Assembly (NCBI GenBank): GCA_963708025.1
Contig: CAVPSB010000016.1
Location: forward strand, 32,001 to 96,000
Source of the DNA: an uncultured Candidatus Rokubacteria bacterium
Lineage (GTDB): Bacteria; Methylomirabilota; Methylomirabilia; Rokubacteriales; DASRDR01
DNA: 64,000 bases
Reading direction: 5' to 3'
Position 1 is the first letter of the stretch, and the number at the start of each line of letters is the position of its first letter. The notes under the pieces are model-generated. The model was not told where the DNA came from and did no database searches. It worked only from the letters and a program-made list of their open reading frames with translations. Below are positions 8,564 to 18,778 of this stretch, one piece after another. The translations under genes were made by a program, and so were the position numbers.

Positions 8564-9700
8564 GTGGACGGAGAGAGGGACCGGGGGCAGGAGCAGGAAC
8601 AATAGGATGAGCGCGAAGACGCCGAGCGCCTGCCGCTTCCCGTCCAGGGGGGTGATGTCGTCCATCGGGGGTCCGTGCTGGAAGCCCATGAGCCCGACGA
8701 TCAGCGCGGACCAGATCAGCCAGGTCGGACTGCCGAAGTAGAGGCCGACCGCCATGAGGCAGCCGACCGCCAGCTTCGAGATCAGGGCATGCCGCCGTCC
8801 CCACATCGCGTAGACCAGGTGGCCGCCGTCGAGCTGACCGGCCGGGATCAGGTTCAGCGCCGTGACGAAGAAGCCGAACCAGCCGGCGACGCCGACCGGG
8901 TCGAGCAGCAGGACCTGGTCGTCGCCCAGTGGGCCGAAGACGAGCCGCTGGATGAGCAGGAGGAGCAGGGAATCGCCCAGCTCCACCCCGCCCTCGGTCA
9001 GGCCGGCCGACGGGAGGATGGTCGATCGCCACAGCCCGTAGACGAAGATGGGCACCGCCAGGACCATCCCGGCCAGCGGGCCGGCCACCGCCATGTCGAA
9101 GAGCGCCCGGCGATCGCGCGCCGGGCCGCGCAAGCGGATCACCGCGCCGAGCGTGCCGACCGGAAACAACGGCGGCGGAGCGGGAATGAAGTAGGGCAGG
9201 CTGATCGGCATCCCGTGCCGGCGGCCGAGCGTATAGTGGCCGAACTCGTGGACGGTCAGGATCGACAGCAGGGAGGCGGCGAACGGAAGCCCCACCAGCA
9301 AGCGACTGGGATGCGCCACCAGCTCCGACAGGGGCACGCTGGGCCAGGCCCCGGCCAGGAGCGTCGTGACGACAGTCGCCAGGAAGAGCGCGAGGTGAAG
9401 CCACGGATTCGAGCGATCCGTCACCGCCGCCCGCGGCAGGGTGTAGAGCCAGGTCATCCCGCCTTCCTGGCGGAGGAAAGGGGTGTACCCCTGCGGCTCC
9501 AGCCGGCCACGCAGGACGTCGATCGCGGCGGCCGGCGGCAGCCGGAGGTGACCGCCGAACGCGAGTGACCGCCCCAAGAGCTGGCGCTGCTCGATGGCGA
9601 GGACGTCCTCGACCTGGCCCCGGAGCAGGGCCTCCAGCGGGAGCAGGTCTTCCCAGCGCGGGGGCGCTTCAGGCGGGCGGCGGCGGGGCCAGAATCGCAC
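8561..9700 (-). CDS. site-2 protease (peptidase M50)
   Basis: HEFGH and NLIPAGQLDGGH motifs; multiple TM segments. Confidence 0.9.
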   Translation of the reverse strand: MRFWPRRRPPEAPPRWEDLLPLEALLRGQVEDVLAIEQRQLLGRSLAFGGHLRLPPAAAIDVLRGRLEPQGYTPFLRQEGGMTWLYTLPRAAVTDRSNPWLHLALFLATVVTTLLAGAWPSVPLSELVAHPSRLLVGLPFAASLLSILTVHEFGHYTLGRRHGMPISLPYFIPAPPPLFPVGTLGAVIRLRGPARDRRALFDMAVAGPLAGMVLAVPIFVYGLWRSTILPSAGLTEGGVELGDSLLLLLIQRLVFGPLGDDQVLLLDPVGVAGWFGFFVTALNLIPAGQLDGGHLVYAMWGRRHALISKLAVGCLMAVGLYFGSPTWLIWSALIVGLMGFQHGPPMDDITPLDGKRQALGVFALILLFLLLPPVPLSVH

Positions 9701-11384
9701 GTGCAGGCAGCCTCGCCGTCACGGTACCACGGCTTTCCGGGGCCAACAACGCGCCGAGCGCCTTTCGCTCCGCGCAGGCGAGCGTCGTCAGCTCGATCGA
9801 GCCGACCGGACCCGTCCACGTCAGCTCGTGGCGGCCGGCGGTGAGCCGGACCAGGCCCGGCGGGACCGGTTCTCCGTCGATGCTCACGCGGAGCGCGGGG
9901 CTCGCCGTCAGCCGGTACGTCTCGCCGTGGAGCAGGTCCACCGAGGCCCGGCCACCGTCGCCGGGCGGCGTCTCGCGAATCGCCACGCCGGCCACCAGGA
10001 GTCCCCCGGGCATCGCCACGTAGTGACGGCGGAGGAACTCCTTCATCGGCCCGACCAGCGCCTCGAGCCGCGTGTCGGGATACGCCACGCGCGGCCGGGC
10101 CTCGCGGGCATCGTCCACGAACCGTTCCTCGGGAATCTTCCCCTCGGCGATCCACTTCCGGATGCCCCGGATCAGGACGCGGTAGCGATAGGCGGCCGGG
10201 CGGAAGACGGCGAGCGCGGTGCCATCCAGCACCGGCTCCCCCTGGCACGTGTGGGCGAGGAGCTGTCGCACGACGTCGAGCTGGCCCGAGTTGCGGTTCA
10301 CGACCGCCGTCTGGATGGAGATCGTCGCCGGGCCGACCAGCCCGATCAGCACGGCGAGCGCCGCCACCACCCGGGGCCCGGCCAGCGCGGCGGCCAGCGC
10401 GTGCCCGGCGTAGACGGCGGCGCCCGCCACCACCGGAAGCCAGGCGTGCCGGTAGACCGCGGGGGTGGTGGGCAGGAGCAGCGCCACCGTCGCTCCCAGC
10501 ACGGGCGCCAGCACCGCCGGGTGCACCGGGTGGTCGAGCAGCGTGCGGCCCTCGCGCCGGACGGCGATGGCCAGGCCGACCACGGCCAGGGCGAGGAAGC
10601 CGAAGCCCTCCTCGCTCACCGGCGCCTCTTTGGTGAAGTCGGCGAACTCGAGGGCGCTCGCCAGGACGTGCTCCCGGAAGCCGTACAGCGCCGTCGAGCC
10701 GCCGTGAAGCCAGAGCCCGCCGAAAAGCGCCAGGAGCGGGGCGGCGGCGCCGGCGGCGAGGCGCGCCCAGCCGGCCAGGACCCGGCCCACCGGATCCCGT
10801 CCCCGCCGCCACCCGACGACAAGGAGGACGGCCGCCACGCCCGGCGCCTCGTACACCGCCTTGGGCGTGAAGGCAACCGCCACCCCGAGCGCGAGACCCG
10901 CCGCCCAGAGCCAGCCCGGCCGTCGGGACTCCTGCCAGCGCACGATCGCCAGGAACGCGGCCAGCGAGAAGACGAGCGCCGGCCCGTCCGGTCGCACCTC
11001 GACCGTGAGCTCCACGAAGCGCGGCAGGAAGGCGAGCAGCGCCACCGCCGCCAGCGCCGTCCCGGTCGACAGCCGGCGCCCGAGCCGGTAGACGAGGCCG
11101 AGCGCCACGACCGCCATCAGCGCCATCAGCGTCCGGCCGGCGAAGTACACCGCTGGGCTTTCGGCGAAGGCGCGGGTGAGCGGCGCGAGCAGGTAGTAGA
11201 GGAGGGGACTGTGGTGCTCCCAGAACTCGGCGAACGGCACCCGGCCCTGACCCACCAGCCAGGCCGCCTGGAGATGCTGGCTCTCGTCCGGGTTCAGTGC
11301 CTTGTTGGCGACGGTGCCGATCCACACCAGGGCGGCCGGGGCCAGGAGCGCGAGCGCCGCCCGACGTGGGAGGGACGGCGTCAA
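9669..11384 (-). CDS. ArnT/PMT-like (GT-C) membrane glycosyltransferase
   Basis: NPDESQH..PFAEFWEHHSPLLY and EVRPD motifs; many TMs; TTG start overlaps the upstream stop. Confidence 0.7.
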   Translation of the reverse strand: MTPSLPRRAALALLAPAALVWIGTVANKALNPDESQHLQAAWLVGQGRVPFAEFWEHHSPLLYYLLAPLTRAFAESPAVYFAGRTLMALMAVVALGLVYRLGRRLSTGTALAAVALLAFLPRFVELTVEVRPDGPALVFSLAAFLAIVRWQESRRPGWLWAAGLALGVAVAFTPKAVYEAPGVAAVLLVVGWRRGRDPVGRVLAGWARLAAGAAAPLLALFGGLWLHGGSTALYGFREHVLASALEFADFTKEAPVSEEGFGFLALAVVGLAIAVRREGRTLLDHPVHPAVLAPVLGATVALLLPTTPAVYRHAWLPVVAGAAVYAGHALAAALAGPRVVAALAVLIGLVGPATISIQTAVVNRNSGQLDVVRQLLAHTCQGEPVLDGTALAVFRPAAYRYRVLIRGIRKWIAEGKIPEERFVDDAREARPRVAYPDTRLEALVGPMKEFLRRHYVAMPGGLLVAGVAIRETPPGDGGRASVDLLHGETYRLTASPALRVSIDGEPVPPGLVRLTAGRHELTWTGPVGSIELTTLACAERKALGALLAPESRGTVTARLPARAILAPPPPA

Positions 11385-12886
11385 CGACAGTGACCGGCGC
11401 CTTCCGGCAGCAGCACGAAGCGCACCCGCAGCGTCTGCCTCCGGGAGAAGTGATACCGCGCCTCGGCGAGTCGGACCGGCGCGTCGTCGCCGAGCGTCAC
11501 CCCGAGGGCGACGGCGAGCCACCTCCGCAACTGGTGGGGGACGGTCTCGTCCCGCTCCTTGTCCCACGCGACGAGGCACTGACCGCTCCCCCGGCGGGGC
11601 GGGAGATAGTCCGGGTTGGCCAGCCGGATCACGCGCGAGACGGGAAACGCCAGTCGCAGGTTGCCGGCCAGCGATCCCTCGCCGACCACGATCGTGCCCC
11701 GGGTGAACCCCGCCGCCCGGAGCTGGGCGGCGATCCGGTCGTAGGGGGCGTTCAGGTGCGAGGCGTTGCCGAGCTGGTCTCCGCGGAAGACGTTGACGGC
11801 GAAGGTCACCAGGACCAGCAGCTCGGCCGCAACCAGCACGGCGGTCAGCCGCCGGACCCGGACGGCGTCGGCCCGGCCGTCCACGCGCGCGAGGAAGTAG
11901 AGCGGGAAGAGGAAGAAGGCCGGCAGGAACCACCGAAACTTGAGGTAGGTCAGCCCGCCGAAGAGCGCGCCGGCCAGGAGGATGCCGAACTCGGCCAGGA
12001 AGAAGCGTCCGATGAGCCGGTACCCGGCCGGGGGCGCCGCCGGCGCTCCCCGGCGTCGCCAGGCCGCGGGAAAGAGGGCGAGGAAGACGATCCAGAGGGG
12101 CGTCAGGTAGTAGAGGCTGACCCGGACCATGTAGTAAATGGCGGAGGCGAGGCCCTGGAGGTACGGCTCCGGAGTGCCCGGGTCCACCTCCTCCGCGTAG
12201 ATCCGCGTGATCGAGAAGGCGCGCTGGTAGAACCAGACCCCGTAGGGCAGGAGAAGGAGCGCCGCCACCGCCAGCGTCAGCCCGATGCGCGGGTCCCGCA
12301 GCCGGGCGCGGAAGCGATCCACGGTGAGGGCCCCGATCAGCATGGCGCCGGCGAAGAGCGAGAAGCTGAACTTGGAGAGGAGCCCGAGCCCGAGCGTCAG
12401 GCCCAGGGCCAGGTACGTTCCCGTGCTGCCGGTGGCCTCGAGCCGGAGGAGGACGTAGAACATCGCGGCCGCCGCGGCGAGGGCGGTCAGGCTGTGGGTC
12501 AGCGCCTCGTGGACGACCCAATTGATGGGCACGATCAGCCAGAGTGACAGCGCGGCCAGCGCGGCGAGCGGCGGCTGGCTCACGATCCGCCGGGCGCTCA
12601 GGTAGACGAACAGGTAGGCGACCCCGAGGACGGCGTACTTGACGACGGTCAGGCCGGCGACGCCCGGGCCGAAGAGCTGGAAGGCGACCCAGACGAGCCA
12701 GTTGTAGAGCGGCGGCTGGCGGGAGAGGTACCCCCACTCGAGCGTCTGCGCGAGCACGGCCTCGCGGGAGTCGTCGATCGTCAGGATCGGCGAGAGCCCG
12801 ACGCGCAGGAGGACGTGGGCCAGGCCGTACGCGGCCAGGAGGGCCACGAAGCCGAGAGGCCGCCACCAAACCACGCCGCGCGCCAC
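11381..12886 (-). CDS. ArnT/GT39-like membrane glycosyltransferase
   Basis: IDDSRE..WGYLSRQPPLYNW and GLGLLSKFSF motifs; polytopic. Confidence 0.8.
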   Translation of the reverse strand: MARGVVWWRPLGFVALLAAYGLAHVLLRVGLSPILTIDDSREAVLAQTLEWGYLSRQPPLYNWLVWVAFQLFGPGVAGLTVVKYAVLGVAYLFVYLSARRIVSQPPLAALAALSLWLIVPINWVVHEALTHSLTALAAAAAMFYVLLRLEATGSTGTYLALGLTLGLGLLSKFSFSLFAGAMLIGALTVDRFRARLRDPRIGLTLAVAALLLLPYGVWFYQRAFSITRIYAEEVDPGTPEPYLQGLASAIYYMVRVSLYYLTPLWIVFLALFPAAWRRRGAPAAPPAGYRLIGRFFLAEFGILLAGALFGGLTYLKFRWFLPAFFLFPLYFLARVDGRADAVRVRRLTAVLVAAELLVLVTFAVNVFRGDQLGNASHLNAPYDRIAAQLRAAGFTRGTIVVGEGSLAGNLRLAFPVSRVIRLANPDYLPPRRGSGQCLVAWDKERDETVPHQLRRWLAVALGVTLGDDAPVRLAEARYHFSRRQTLRVRFVLLPEGAGHCR

Positions 12887-12956
12887 ACCGCGGGCGGCGG
12901 GGCCGGCCGTCGATCCCGGGACCGGCGTCGAGGCCGTCAGGGGACCGCCTCCCCCG

Positions 12957-13409
12957 CTACGCCGCGGGGCCGTCGACGAGCCGGGCGATCAGCGCCTTCG
13001 CAGGCGGGAGCCCGCCGTCGAGGTAGAGGGCGGCCAGCAGGGCCTCCAACGCCGTGGCCAGGATCGATTCCTTCTGCCGCCCCCCGCCCTGCTCCTCGCC
13101 GCGGCCCAGGTAGAGCTCGGCGGGCAGGTCGAGACGGACCGCCCACACGGCCAGGTTCGACGCCGAGACGAGGGCAGCCCGTCGCTGGGTCAGGGGGCCG
13201 GCGCCGTCCAGGGGGGCCCGGGCGGCCAGCAGCTCGGCCACCACCAGCCCCAGCACCGCATCGCCGAGGAAGGCCAGGGCCTCGTTGTGGGACGCGGGGG
13301 GATGCTCGTGAGCGTACGAGGGATGCGTGAGGGCGCGGAGGAGCAGCTCGGGGTCACCGAACGCGTGGCCGATCCGGCCCTCGAGCTCCCCCAGCGGAGT
13401 CGGCCCCAC
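12957..13409 (-). CDS. rnc: ribonuclease III domain protein, lacking the dsRBD and with a degenerate active site
   Basis: ALTHPSY..NEALAFLGDAVL..GRGEE..GG..KESILATALEALLAALYLDGG; canonical position after fabF. Confidence 0.8.
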   Translation of the reverse strand: MGPTPLGELEGRIGHAFGDPELLLRALTHPSYAHEHPPASHNEALAFLGDAVLGLVVAELLAARAPLDGAGPLTQRRAALVSASNLAVWAVRLDLPAELYLGRGEEQGGGRQKESILATALEALLAALYLDGGLPPAKALIARLVDGPAA

Positions 13410-13429
13410 GGCTGTGGCTGTGCTAGCTC

Positions 13430-13682
13430 CCGCCGGGCCGAGACCCGAGCAGCCCTAGGACGCAGGAAGGAGGCGGGCCGAGGCGTATGCCGCGATTGAT
13501 CACCTGGTCGCGACGGCTCGGGCCTGCGGCCCTCGCGACGTCGCTCCCTTGTGGGAGGCCCGCCGACGACCGAGGACGACCATAGGCCGGGACGTCCGCC
13601 CCCAGGCCGAAGGCCGTCCAATCGCCGCAGGCCGAGCGCGTCACGGCCGAGACGAAGGTTGCGACGGGTATCGGCACGGCGG
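13430..13682 (+). repeat. structured intergenic repeat family A, copy 2 (long variant)
   Basis: CCGCCGGGCCGA..TCGGCACGGCGG termini; abuts the fabF stop. Confidence 0.85.
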
Positions 13683-14942
13683 CTACTCCTTGTAGCGACG
13701 GAACGCGAGCGTGGCGTTCGTCCCGCCGAAGCCGAACCCGTTGGAGATCGCCACCTCCACCTGCACCTTCCGGGCCGTGTTGGGGACGTAGTCCAGGTCA
13801 CACTCGGGGTCCGCCACCTCGTAGTTGATCGTCGGCGGCAGGATGCCGTGGTGCAGCGCCAGCACCGTCACGACGGCCTCGGCCCCGCCGGCCGCCCCCA
13901 GGAGGTGCCCGATCATCGACTTCGTGGACGAGACGGCCAGCCGGTAGGCGTGCTCGCCGAAGACGCGCTTGATCGCGAGCGTCTCGGTCTTGTCGTTGTA
14001 CTCGGTGGAGGTGCCGTGGGCGTTGATGTATCCCACCGACTCCGGGGCGAGCCCCCCGTCGGCCAGGGCCGCCGCCATGGCCCGGGTGGCGCCGTCGCCG
14101 TCGGGGTCGGGCGCGGTCATGTGATGGGCGTCGGCGGTCATGCCATAGCCCATGACCTCGGCGTAGATGCGGGCGCCCCGGCGGCGGGCGTGGTCCAGGC
14201 TTTCCAGGGCCAGCACGCCGGCGCCCTCCCCGCACACGAAGCCATCGCGCCCGGCGTCGAAGGGCCGGGAGGCGCGCTCGGGCTCGTCGTTCCGGGTCGA
14301 GAGCGCCTTCATCGAACAGAAGCCGGCCATGCACAGCTCGTTGATCATCGCCTCCGAGCCGCCGGCCAGCATCAGATCGGCCTCGCCCCGCTGGATGATC
14401 CGGCAGGCGTCGCCGATCGCGTGGTTGCCGGTCGCGCAGGCGGTGATCACCGCGGAGTTCGGTCCCTTGAGCTTGTAGCGCAGCGAGAGCTGGCCGGAGG
14501 CCATGTTGACGATGACGGCAGGGATGAAGAAAGGCGAGATGCGCCCCGGCCCCTTCTCCAGCAGGACCTTGTGCCACTCCAGGATGGTGTAGACGCCGCC
14601 AATGCCCGAGCCCACCACGCAGCCGGCCCGGGTCGGATCCACCGCGTCGAAGTCGATCTTCGCGTCCTCCACCGCCTCGGCGCCGGCCGCCAGGGTGAAG
14701 TGGATGAAGCGATCCATCTTCTTGACGTCCTTCTTGTCCACGAAGCGGAGCGGATCGAAGCCCTTGACCTCGCCGGCGATGCGCGCGTCCAGCCGCTGGG
14801 GGTCGAAGTGCGTGACCGGCCCGATGCCGGAGCGCCCCTCGCAGACCGCGGTCCAGAAATCCCGGGCCGTGTTCCCGACCGGCGTGACCGCGCCGACACC
14901 GGTGACGACCACCCGTCGCTTGCCGCCGTCCACCCCCATCAC
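13683..14942 (-). CDS. fabF: beta-ketoacyl-ACP synthase II
   Basis: [28 protein letters not shown] and SNGFGFGG motifs. Confidence 0.97.
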   Translation of the reverse strand: MMGVDGGKRRVVVTGVGAVTPVGNTARDFWTAVCEGRSGIGPVTHFDPQRLDARIAGEVKGFDPLRFVDKKDVKKMDRFIHFTLAAGAEAVEDAKIDFDAVDPTRAGCVVGSGIGGVYTILEWHKVLLEKGPGRISPFFIPAVIVNMASGQLSLRYKLKGPNSAVITACATGNHAIGDACRIIQRGEADLMLAGGSEAMINELCMAGFCSMKALSTRNDEPERASRPFDAGRDGFVCGEGAGVLALESLDHARRRGARIYAEVMGYGMTADAHHMTAPDPDGDGATRAMAAALADGGLAPESVGYINAHGTSTEYNDKTETLAIKRVFGEHAYRLAVSSTKSMIGHLLGAAGGAEAVVTVLALHHGILPPTINYEVADPECDLDYVPNTARKVQVEVAISNGFGFGGTNATLAFRRYKE

Positions 14943-14961
14943 CCCGCTTTCACGCCGAGCC

Positions 14962-15201
14962 TCAGGAGTTCTCCTTGATGTACTGGATGGCGTCCCCCAC
15001 GGTCGTGATCTTCTCGGCGTCCTCGTCCGGGATCTCGAGGTCGAATTCCTCCTCGAAGGCCATCACCAGCTCCACCGTGTCCAGGGAGTCGGCCCCGAGG
15101 TCCTCGATGAACTTCGCGGCCGGGGTCACCTCGCTCTCCTCGACCCCGAGCTGCTCGCAGATGATCTCCTTCACCCGCTCCTCAACGGACTTCGTGGTCA
15201 T
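14962..15201 (-). CDS. acpP: acyl carrier protein
   Basis: [12 protein letters not shown] motif. Confidence 0.97.
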   Translation of the reverse strand: MTTKSVEERVKEIICEQLGVEESEVTPAAKFIEDLGADSLDTVELVMAFEEEFDLEIPDEDAEKITTVGDAIQYIKENS

Positions 15202-15224
15202 GACCGAGCCCCCTCCTCCTCAAT

Positions 15225-15318
15225 CGGGCCGGAGGGGAGCTGCGCGCTCCTCCCCCGGGCCCCCCCTCCGGGTTTCTCCTCGCTCACGCGTCTCATGCGA
15301 TGGGCTCCCAGGCTCTCA
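15225..15318. repeat. family B/C-related element starting at the fabG TGA stop
   Basis: Minus strand begins TGAGAGCCTGGG, resembling the family terminus; G/C hairpins. Confidence 0.4.
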
Positions 15319-16045
15319 CATGTACAGTCCGCCGTTCACGTGAATGACCTGGCCCGTGATGTAGGAGGCCCCGTCCGACGCCAGGAACCGTACGACCTCC
15401 GCCACCTCGCCGGGCATCCCGATCCGCTTCAACGGGATCTGGGCCACGTAGCTCTCGCGCGTCTCGGCCGAGAGGGTGGCGCTCATGTCCGTCTCGATCA
15501 GGCCGGGCGCGACCGCGTTCACCAGGATACCCCAGTGCGCCAGCTCCCGGGCAGTGGACTTCGTGAGGCCGATCAGCCCCGCCTTGGCCGCCGAGTAGTT
15601 GGCCTGGCCGGCGGTGCCCATGGCCCCCGCCGTCGAGGCGATGTTCACGATCCGGCCGGCGCGCTGCCGCATCATGATCCGGGCGACCGCGCGCGTGGCC
15701 TGGAACGCCCCCGCAGGTTGACGCCGAGCACCTCGTCCCAGTCGGCGTCCTTCATCCGGATCAGGAGGCCGTCCCGCGTGACGCCGGCGTTGTTCACGAG
15801 GAGGTCGATGCGCCCGAAGCGCTCCTGGGCCTGGGCGACGAGGCGCTGGACGTCCTCCCCTTTCCCATGTCGGCGACCAGACCGTGAGCTCGGGCGCCGG
15901 CCGCCTCCAGCTCGCCGGCGCTCGCCGCCACCCGCTCGGCGTCGCGGCCCGTCACCACCACGGCCCACCCGTCGCCGGCCAGTGCGCCGGCCACCGCGCG
16001 GCCGATGCCCCGGGTGCTCCCCGTCACGATCGCCACCCGGTCCAC
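15316..16045 (-). CDS. fabG: 3-oxoacyl-ACP reductase, with apparent frameshifts near 15865 and 15710
   Basis: [26 protein letters not shown] and [15 protein letters not shown] lie in three consecutive frames. Confidence 0.85.
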
Positions 16046-16046
16046 T

Positions 16047-16131
16047 TTCGGGACCTCCCGCCCACCCCCCCGGCCCCCCTCCCCCACCCACTGGGGGGAG
16101 GGGGGGGGAGCGACCCATTCGTTCACGAGCT
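16047..16131. repeat. G/C-tract repeat family B
   Basis: Reverse complement of the 8500-8556 motif. Confidence 0.75.
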
Positions 16132-16306
16132 CTCAGTGCCTGTGAACCAATGCCGCCGGGCCTTGATCCACCCCCGTCGGCTTCTCGCAACCCTCTGCCG
16201 CTGCCCACGCGGCCGTGGCGTTCCACTCTTGGCGCGGGCTTCGCCCGCGCCTCCGCTCTGGGGGGAGGTCCGGGAGGGGGGCGCAGCCCCCCTCACGTTC
16301 ATCTCA
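16132..16306 (-). repeat. ~175-bp MITE-like repeat family C, starting at the fabD TGA stop
   Basis: TGAGATGAACGTGAGGGGGGCTGCGCCCCCCTCCCGGACCTCCCC...ACAGGCACTGAG; homologous to 33823-33996. Confidence 0.85.
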
Positions 16307-17248
16307 CGCCTCCAGCGCCGCGACCGCCTTGTCCAGGCCGGCCGGCTCGTCGATGGCATGGCCGCTGAGCGCGCCATCGATCCGCTTCAGCAGTCCGGTC
16401 AACACGCGGCCCGGGCCCACCTCGAGGAAGGTCGTCGCGCCCTCGGCGGCCATGCGGCGGACGCACTCCGTCCAGCGCACGGGCGCCGTGACCTGCTGGA
16501 CCAGGAACGGGACGACCTCCTCCGCGCGCGTCGTCACCCCGGCGTCCACGTTGCGAACCACCGGCACCCGCGGCGCCCGGGCCGCCACGCCCGCCAGCAC
16601 CGCGGTCAGCCGGTCCGCGGCCGGCGCCATGAGCCGACAGTGGAACGGCGCGCTCACCGGCAGGAGCACGCTCCGCTTCCCGCCGCGCGCGGCGGCGAGG
16701 CCGACCGCCCGCTCAACGGCGCCCTTGTGGCCCGCCACGACGACCTGGATCGGCGAGTTGACGTTGGCCACCTCCACGACCTCGCCCTCGGCGGCCTCGC
16801 GGCAGATCTCCTCGACCACCGGGAGCTCCAGCCCGAGGAGCGCGGCCATGGCCCCGGTCCCGACCGGGACCGCCTCCTGCATGAACTCGCCGCGATGGCG
16901 GACCGTGCGCAGGGCATCCGGGAAGGCCAGCGCTCCCGCCACCACCAGCGCCGAGTATTCCCCGAGGCTGTGGCCGGCGACGATCGCCGGCGCCAGGCCC
17001 CGCTCCGCGAGCACCCGCGCGACGGCGACGCTGACGGTGAGGACCGCCGGCTGCGTGTTGGCGGTGAGCTGGAGGGCCGCCTCCGGCCCCTCGAAGCAGA
17101 GCCGAGCGACGTCCAGCCCGAGGACGTCGCTGGCCTCCTCGAAGACGGCGCGGGCCGCGGCGGAGGCGTCGTGGAACGGCCGGCCCATGCCGACGGCCTG
17201 GGAGCCCTGACCCGGGAAGCAGAACGCCAGCCGCGTGTCACGCTTCAC
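16304..17248 (-). CDS. fabD: malonyl-CoA:ACP transacylase
   Basis: FPGQGSQ, GHSLGEY and VSAPFH motifs. Confidence 0.96.
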   Translation of the reverse strand: MKRDTRLAFCFPGQGSQAVGMGRPFHDASAAARAVFEEASDVLGLDVARLCFEGPEAALQLTANTQPAVLTVSVAVARVLAERGLAPAIVAGHSLGEYSALVVAGALAFPDALRTVRHRGEFMQEAVPVGTGAMAALLGLELPVVEEICREAAEGEVVEVANVNSPIQVVVAGHKGAVERAVGLAAARGGKRSVLLPVSAPFHCRLMAPAADRLTAVLAGVAARAPRVPVVRNVDAGVTTRAEEVVPFLVQQVTAPVRWTECVRRMAAEGATTFLEVGPGRVLTGLLKRIDGALSGHAIDEPAGLDKAVAALEA

Positions 17249-17279
17249 GGCGACCGGTCCAGGCCGTGGGGCGGAAAGG

Positions 17280-18410
17280 TCACGGCCCCGCCGGACGGTG
17301 GGGCCGGTCGGGCGGACGGCCTTCGGCCTGGGGCGGACGGGCCTCGGCCTCGCGACGCCTCTCGTCGGCGTCCGGGGCCCGCGAGGCGGAGGCGGACCGC
17401 GCGCCGGACGCCGACTGGCCGAACTCCCCGGCCAGGGCGGCGCGGATGTGGGAGTTGACGTCCGTTCGCACCCACTCGGCCGCCACGCGGATGGCGTTCT
17501 TCACCGCGCGCGGCGGAGAGGCGCCGTGACTGATGATGCACACGCCGTTGATGCCGAGGAGCGGGGCGCCCCCTAGCTCGTTGTAGTCCACCCGCTTCCA
17601 GAACCGGCGGAAGGCCGGGCGCACCAGGAGAGCGCCCAGCTTGGCCATCGCCCCTCGCGTCAGCTCCTCCCGGATCAGGTGGACGATCATGTCGGCCAGG
17701 CTCTCGGAGATCTTCAGCGCCACGTTCCCGGTAAACCCGTCGGTCACGACGACGTCCACCGAGCCGCTGTAGAGGTCGCGCCCCTCGACGTTGCCGGCAA
17801 AGTTCAGCGGCATCCCCTCCAGCGTCTTGAACACCTCGCGCACCAGCTCGTTGCCCTTGCCCTCCTCCTCGCCGACGGAGAGCAGGCCGACCCGGGGCCG
17901 AACGATCCCGAGGATGTCGCGGGCGTAGACGTGCCCCATGACCGCGTACTGGACCAGGTGCTTGGGCTTGGGGTCCACGTTGGCGCCGACGTCGAGCAGG
18001 ATCGTCCGCCCCTTGAGGTTCGGCAGGGGCACCGCGATCGCCGGCCGGTCCACGCCGGGCAGGACCCCCATCGTGAACATCGCGATGGCCATCGCGGCCC
18101 CGGTGTTGCCGGCGGAGATGAAGGCCGCCGCCTCGCCGTCCCGGACCAGCTCGGCCGCCACCCGCATCGACGAATCCCGCTTCCGCCGCAGCGCGTGGGA
18201 CGGCGGCTCGTCCATCGCGATCACCTGGGAGGCGTGGCGGACGGTGATGGGCAGCGTGGCCGCCCCCTGGCGAGTCAGCTCGCGCTCGACGCTCGCCTTG
18301 TCGCCGACCAGGACGATCTCCGCCAGCCCCTCCCGGGCGGCGGCCACGGCGCCCTCGACCGTGACCGGCGGGCCGACGTCCCCACCCATGGCGTCCACGG
18401 CGATTCGCAT
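17280..18410 (-). CDS. plsX: phosphate acyltransferase PlsX (repeat-derived C-terminal tail)
   Basis: MRIAVDAMGGD, SAGNTGA, DGFTGNV and GGAPLLG motifs. Confidence 0.95.
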   Translation of the reverse strand: MRIAVDAMGGDVGPPVTVEGAVAAAREGLAEIVLVGDKASVERELTRQGAATLPITVRHASQVIAMDEPPSHALRRKRDSSMRVAAELVRDGEAAAFISAGNTGAAMAIAMFTMGVLPGVDRPAIAVPLPNLKGRTILLDVGANVDPKPKHLVQYAVMGHVYARDILGIVRPRVGLLSVGEEEGKGNELVREVFKTLEGMPLNFAGNVEGRDLYSGSVDVVVTDGFTGNVALKISESLADMIVHLIREELTRGAMAKLGALLVRPAFRRFWKRVDYNELGGAPLLGINGVCIISHGASPPRAVKNAIRVAAEWVRTDVNSHIRAALAGEFGQSASGARSASASRAPDADERRREAEARPPQAEGRPPDRPHRPAGP

Positions 18411-18586
18411 GAGGCTCAGGTGGTGCCGGACGTCCCCGGTCCGGCCTCGATCATCCGGCGACGACGAAGCCGACCGGCGCCGCGGCTACTCCCACCCGCG
18501 CCCCTGCCGACTCGGTCTCGCGTGCGGGGCCGGGTGACGAGGATGGCGAGGAGGCCGGGAGGGCGCGACGGCCATCGGCCACGTCC

Positions 18587-18769
18587 CTACGCCCCCTCGA
18601 CGGTGAGGACCTCTTTCCCCTTGTAGTACCCGCAGTGCGGGCAGACCCGGTGGGGCAGCTTGCTCTCGCGGCACTGGGGGCACGCGGACGTGGCCGGCGC
18701 CGTGAGCTTGTAGTGGGTGCGGCGCTTGCGACCGCGGGTTCGGGAATGACGGCGCTTTGGCAGCGGCAT
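18587..18769 (-). CDS. rpmF: 50S ribosomal protein L32
   Basis: MPLPKRRHS; CPQC..PHRVCPHCG. Confidence 0.96.
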   Translation of the reverse strand: MPLPKRRHSRTRGRKRRTHYKLTAPATSACPQCRESKLPHRVCPHCGYYKGKEVLTVEGA

Positions 18770-18778
18770 ACCTGACTC

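Noticed and set aside
13683-17248. fabF/acpP/fabG/fabD as a type II PKS cluster
   Set aside because: The context is the canonical rpmF-plsX-fab housekeeping cluster, with no chain-length factor or cyclases.
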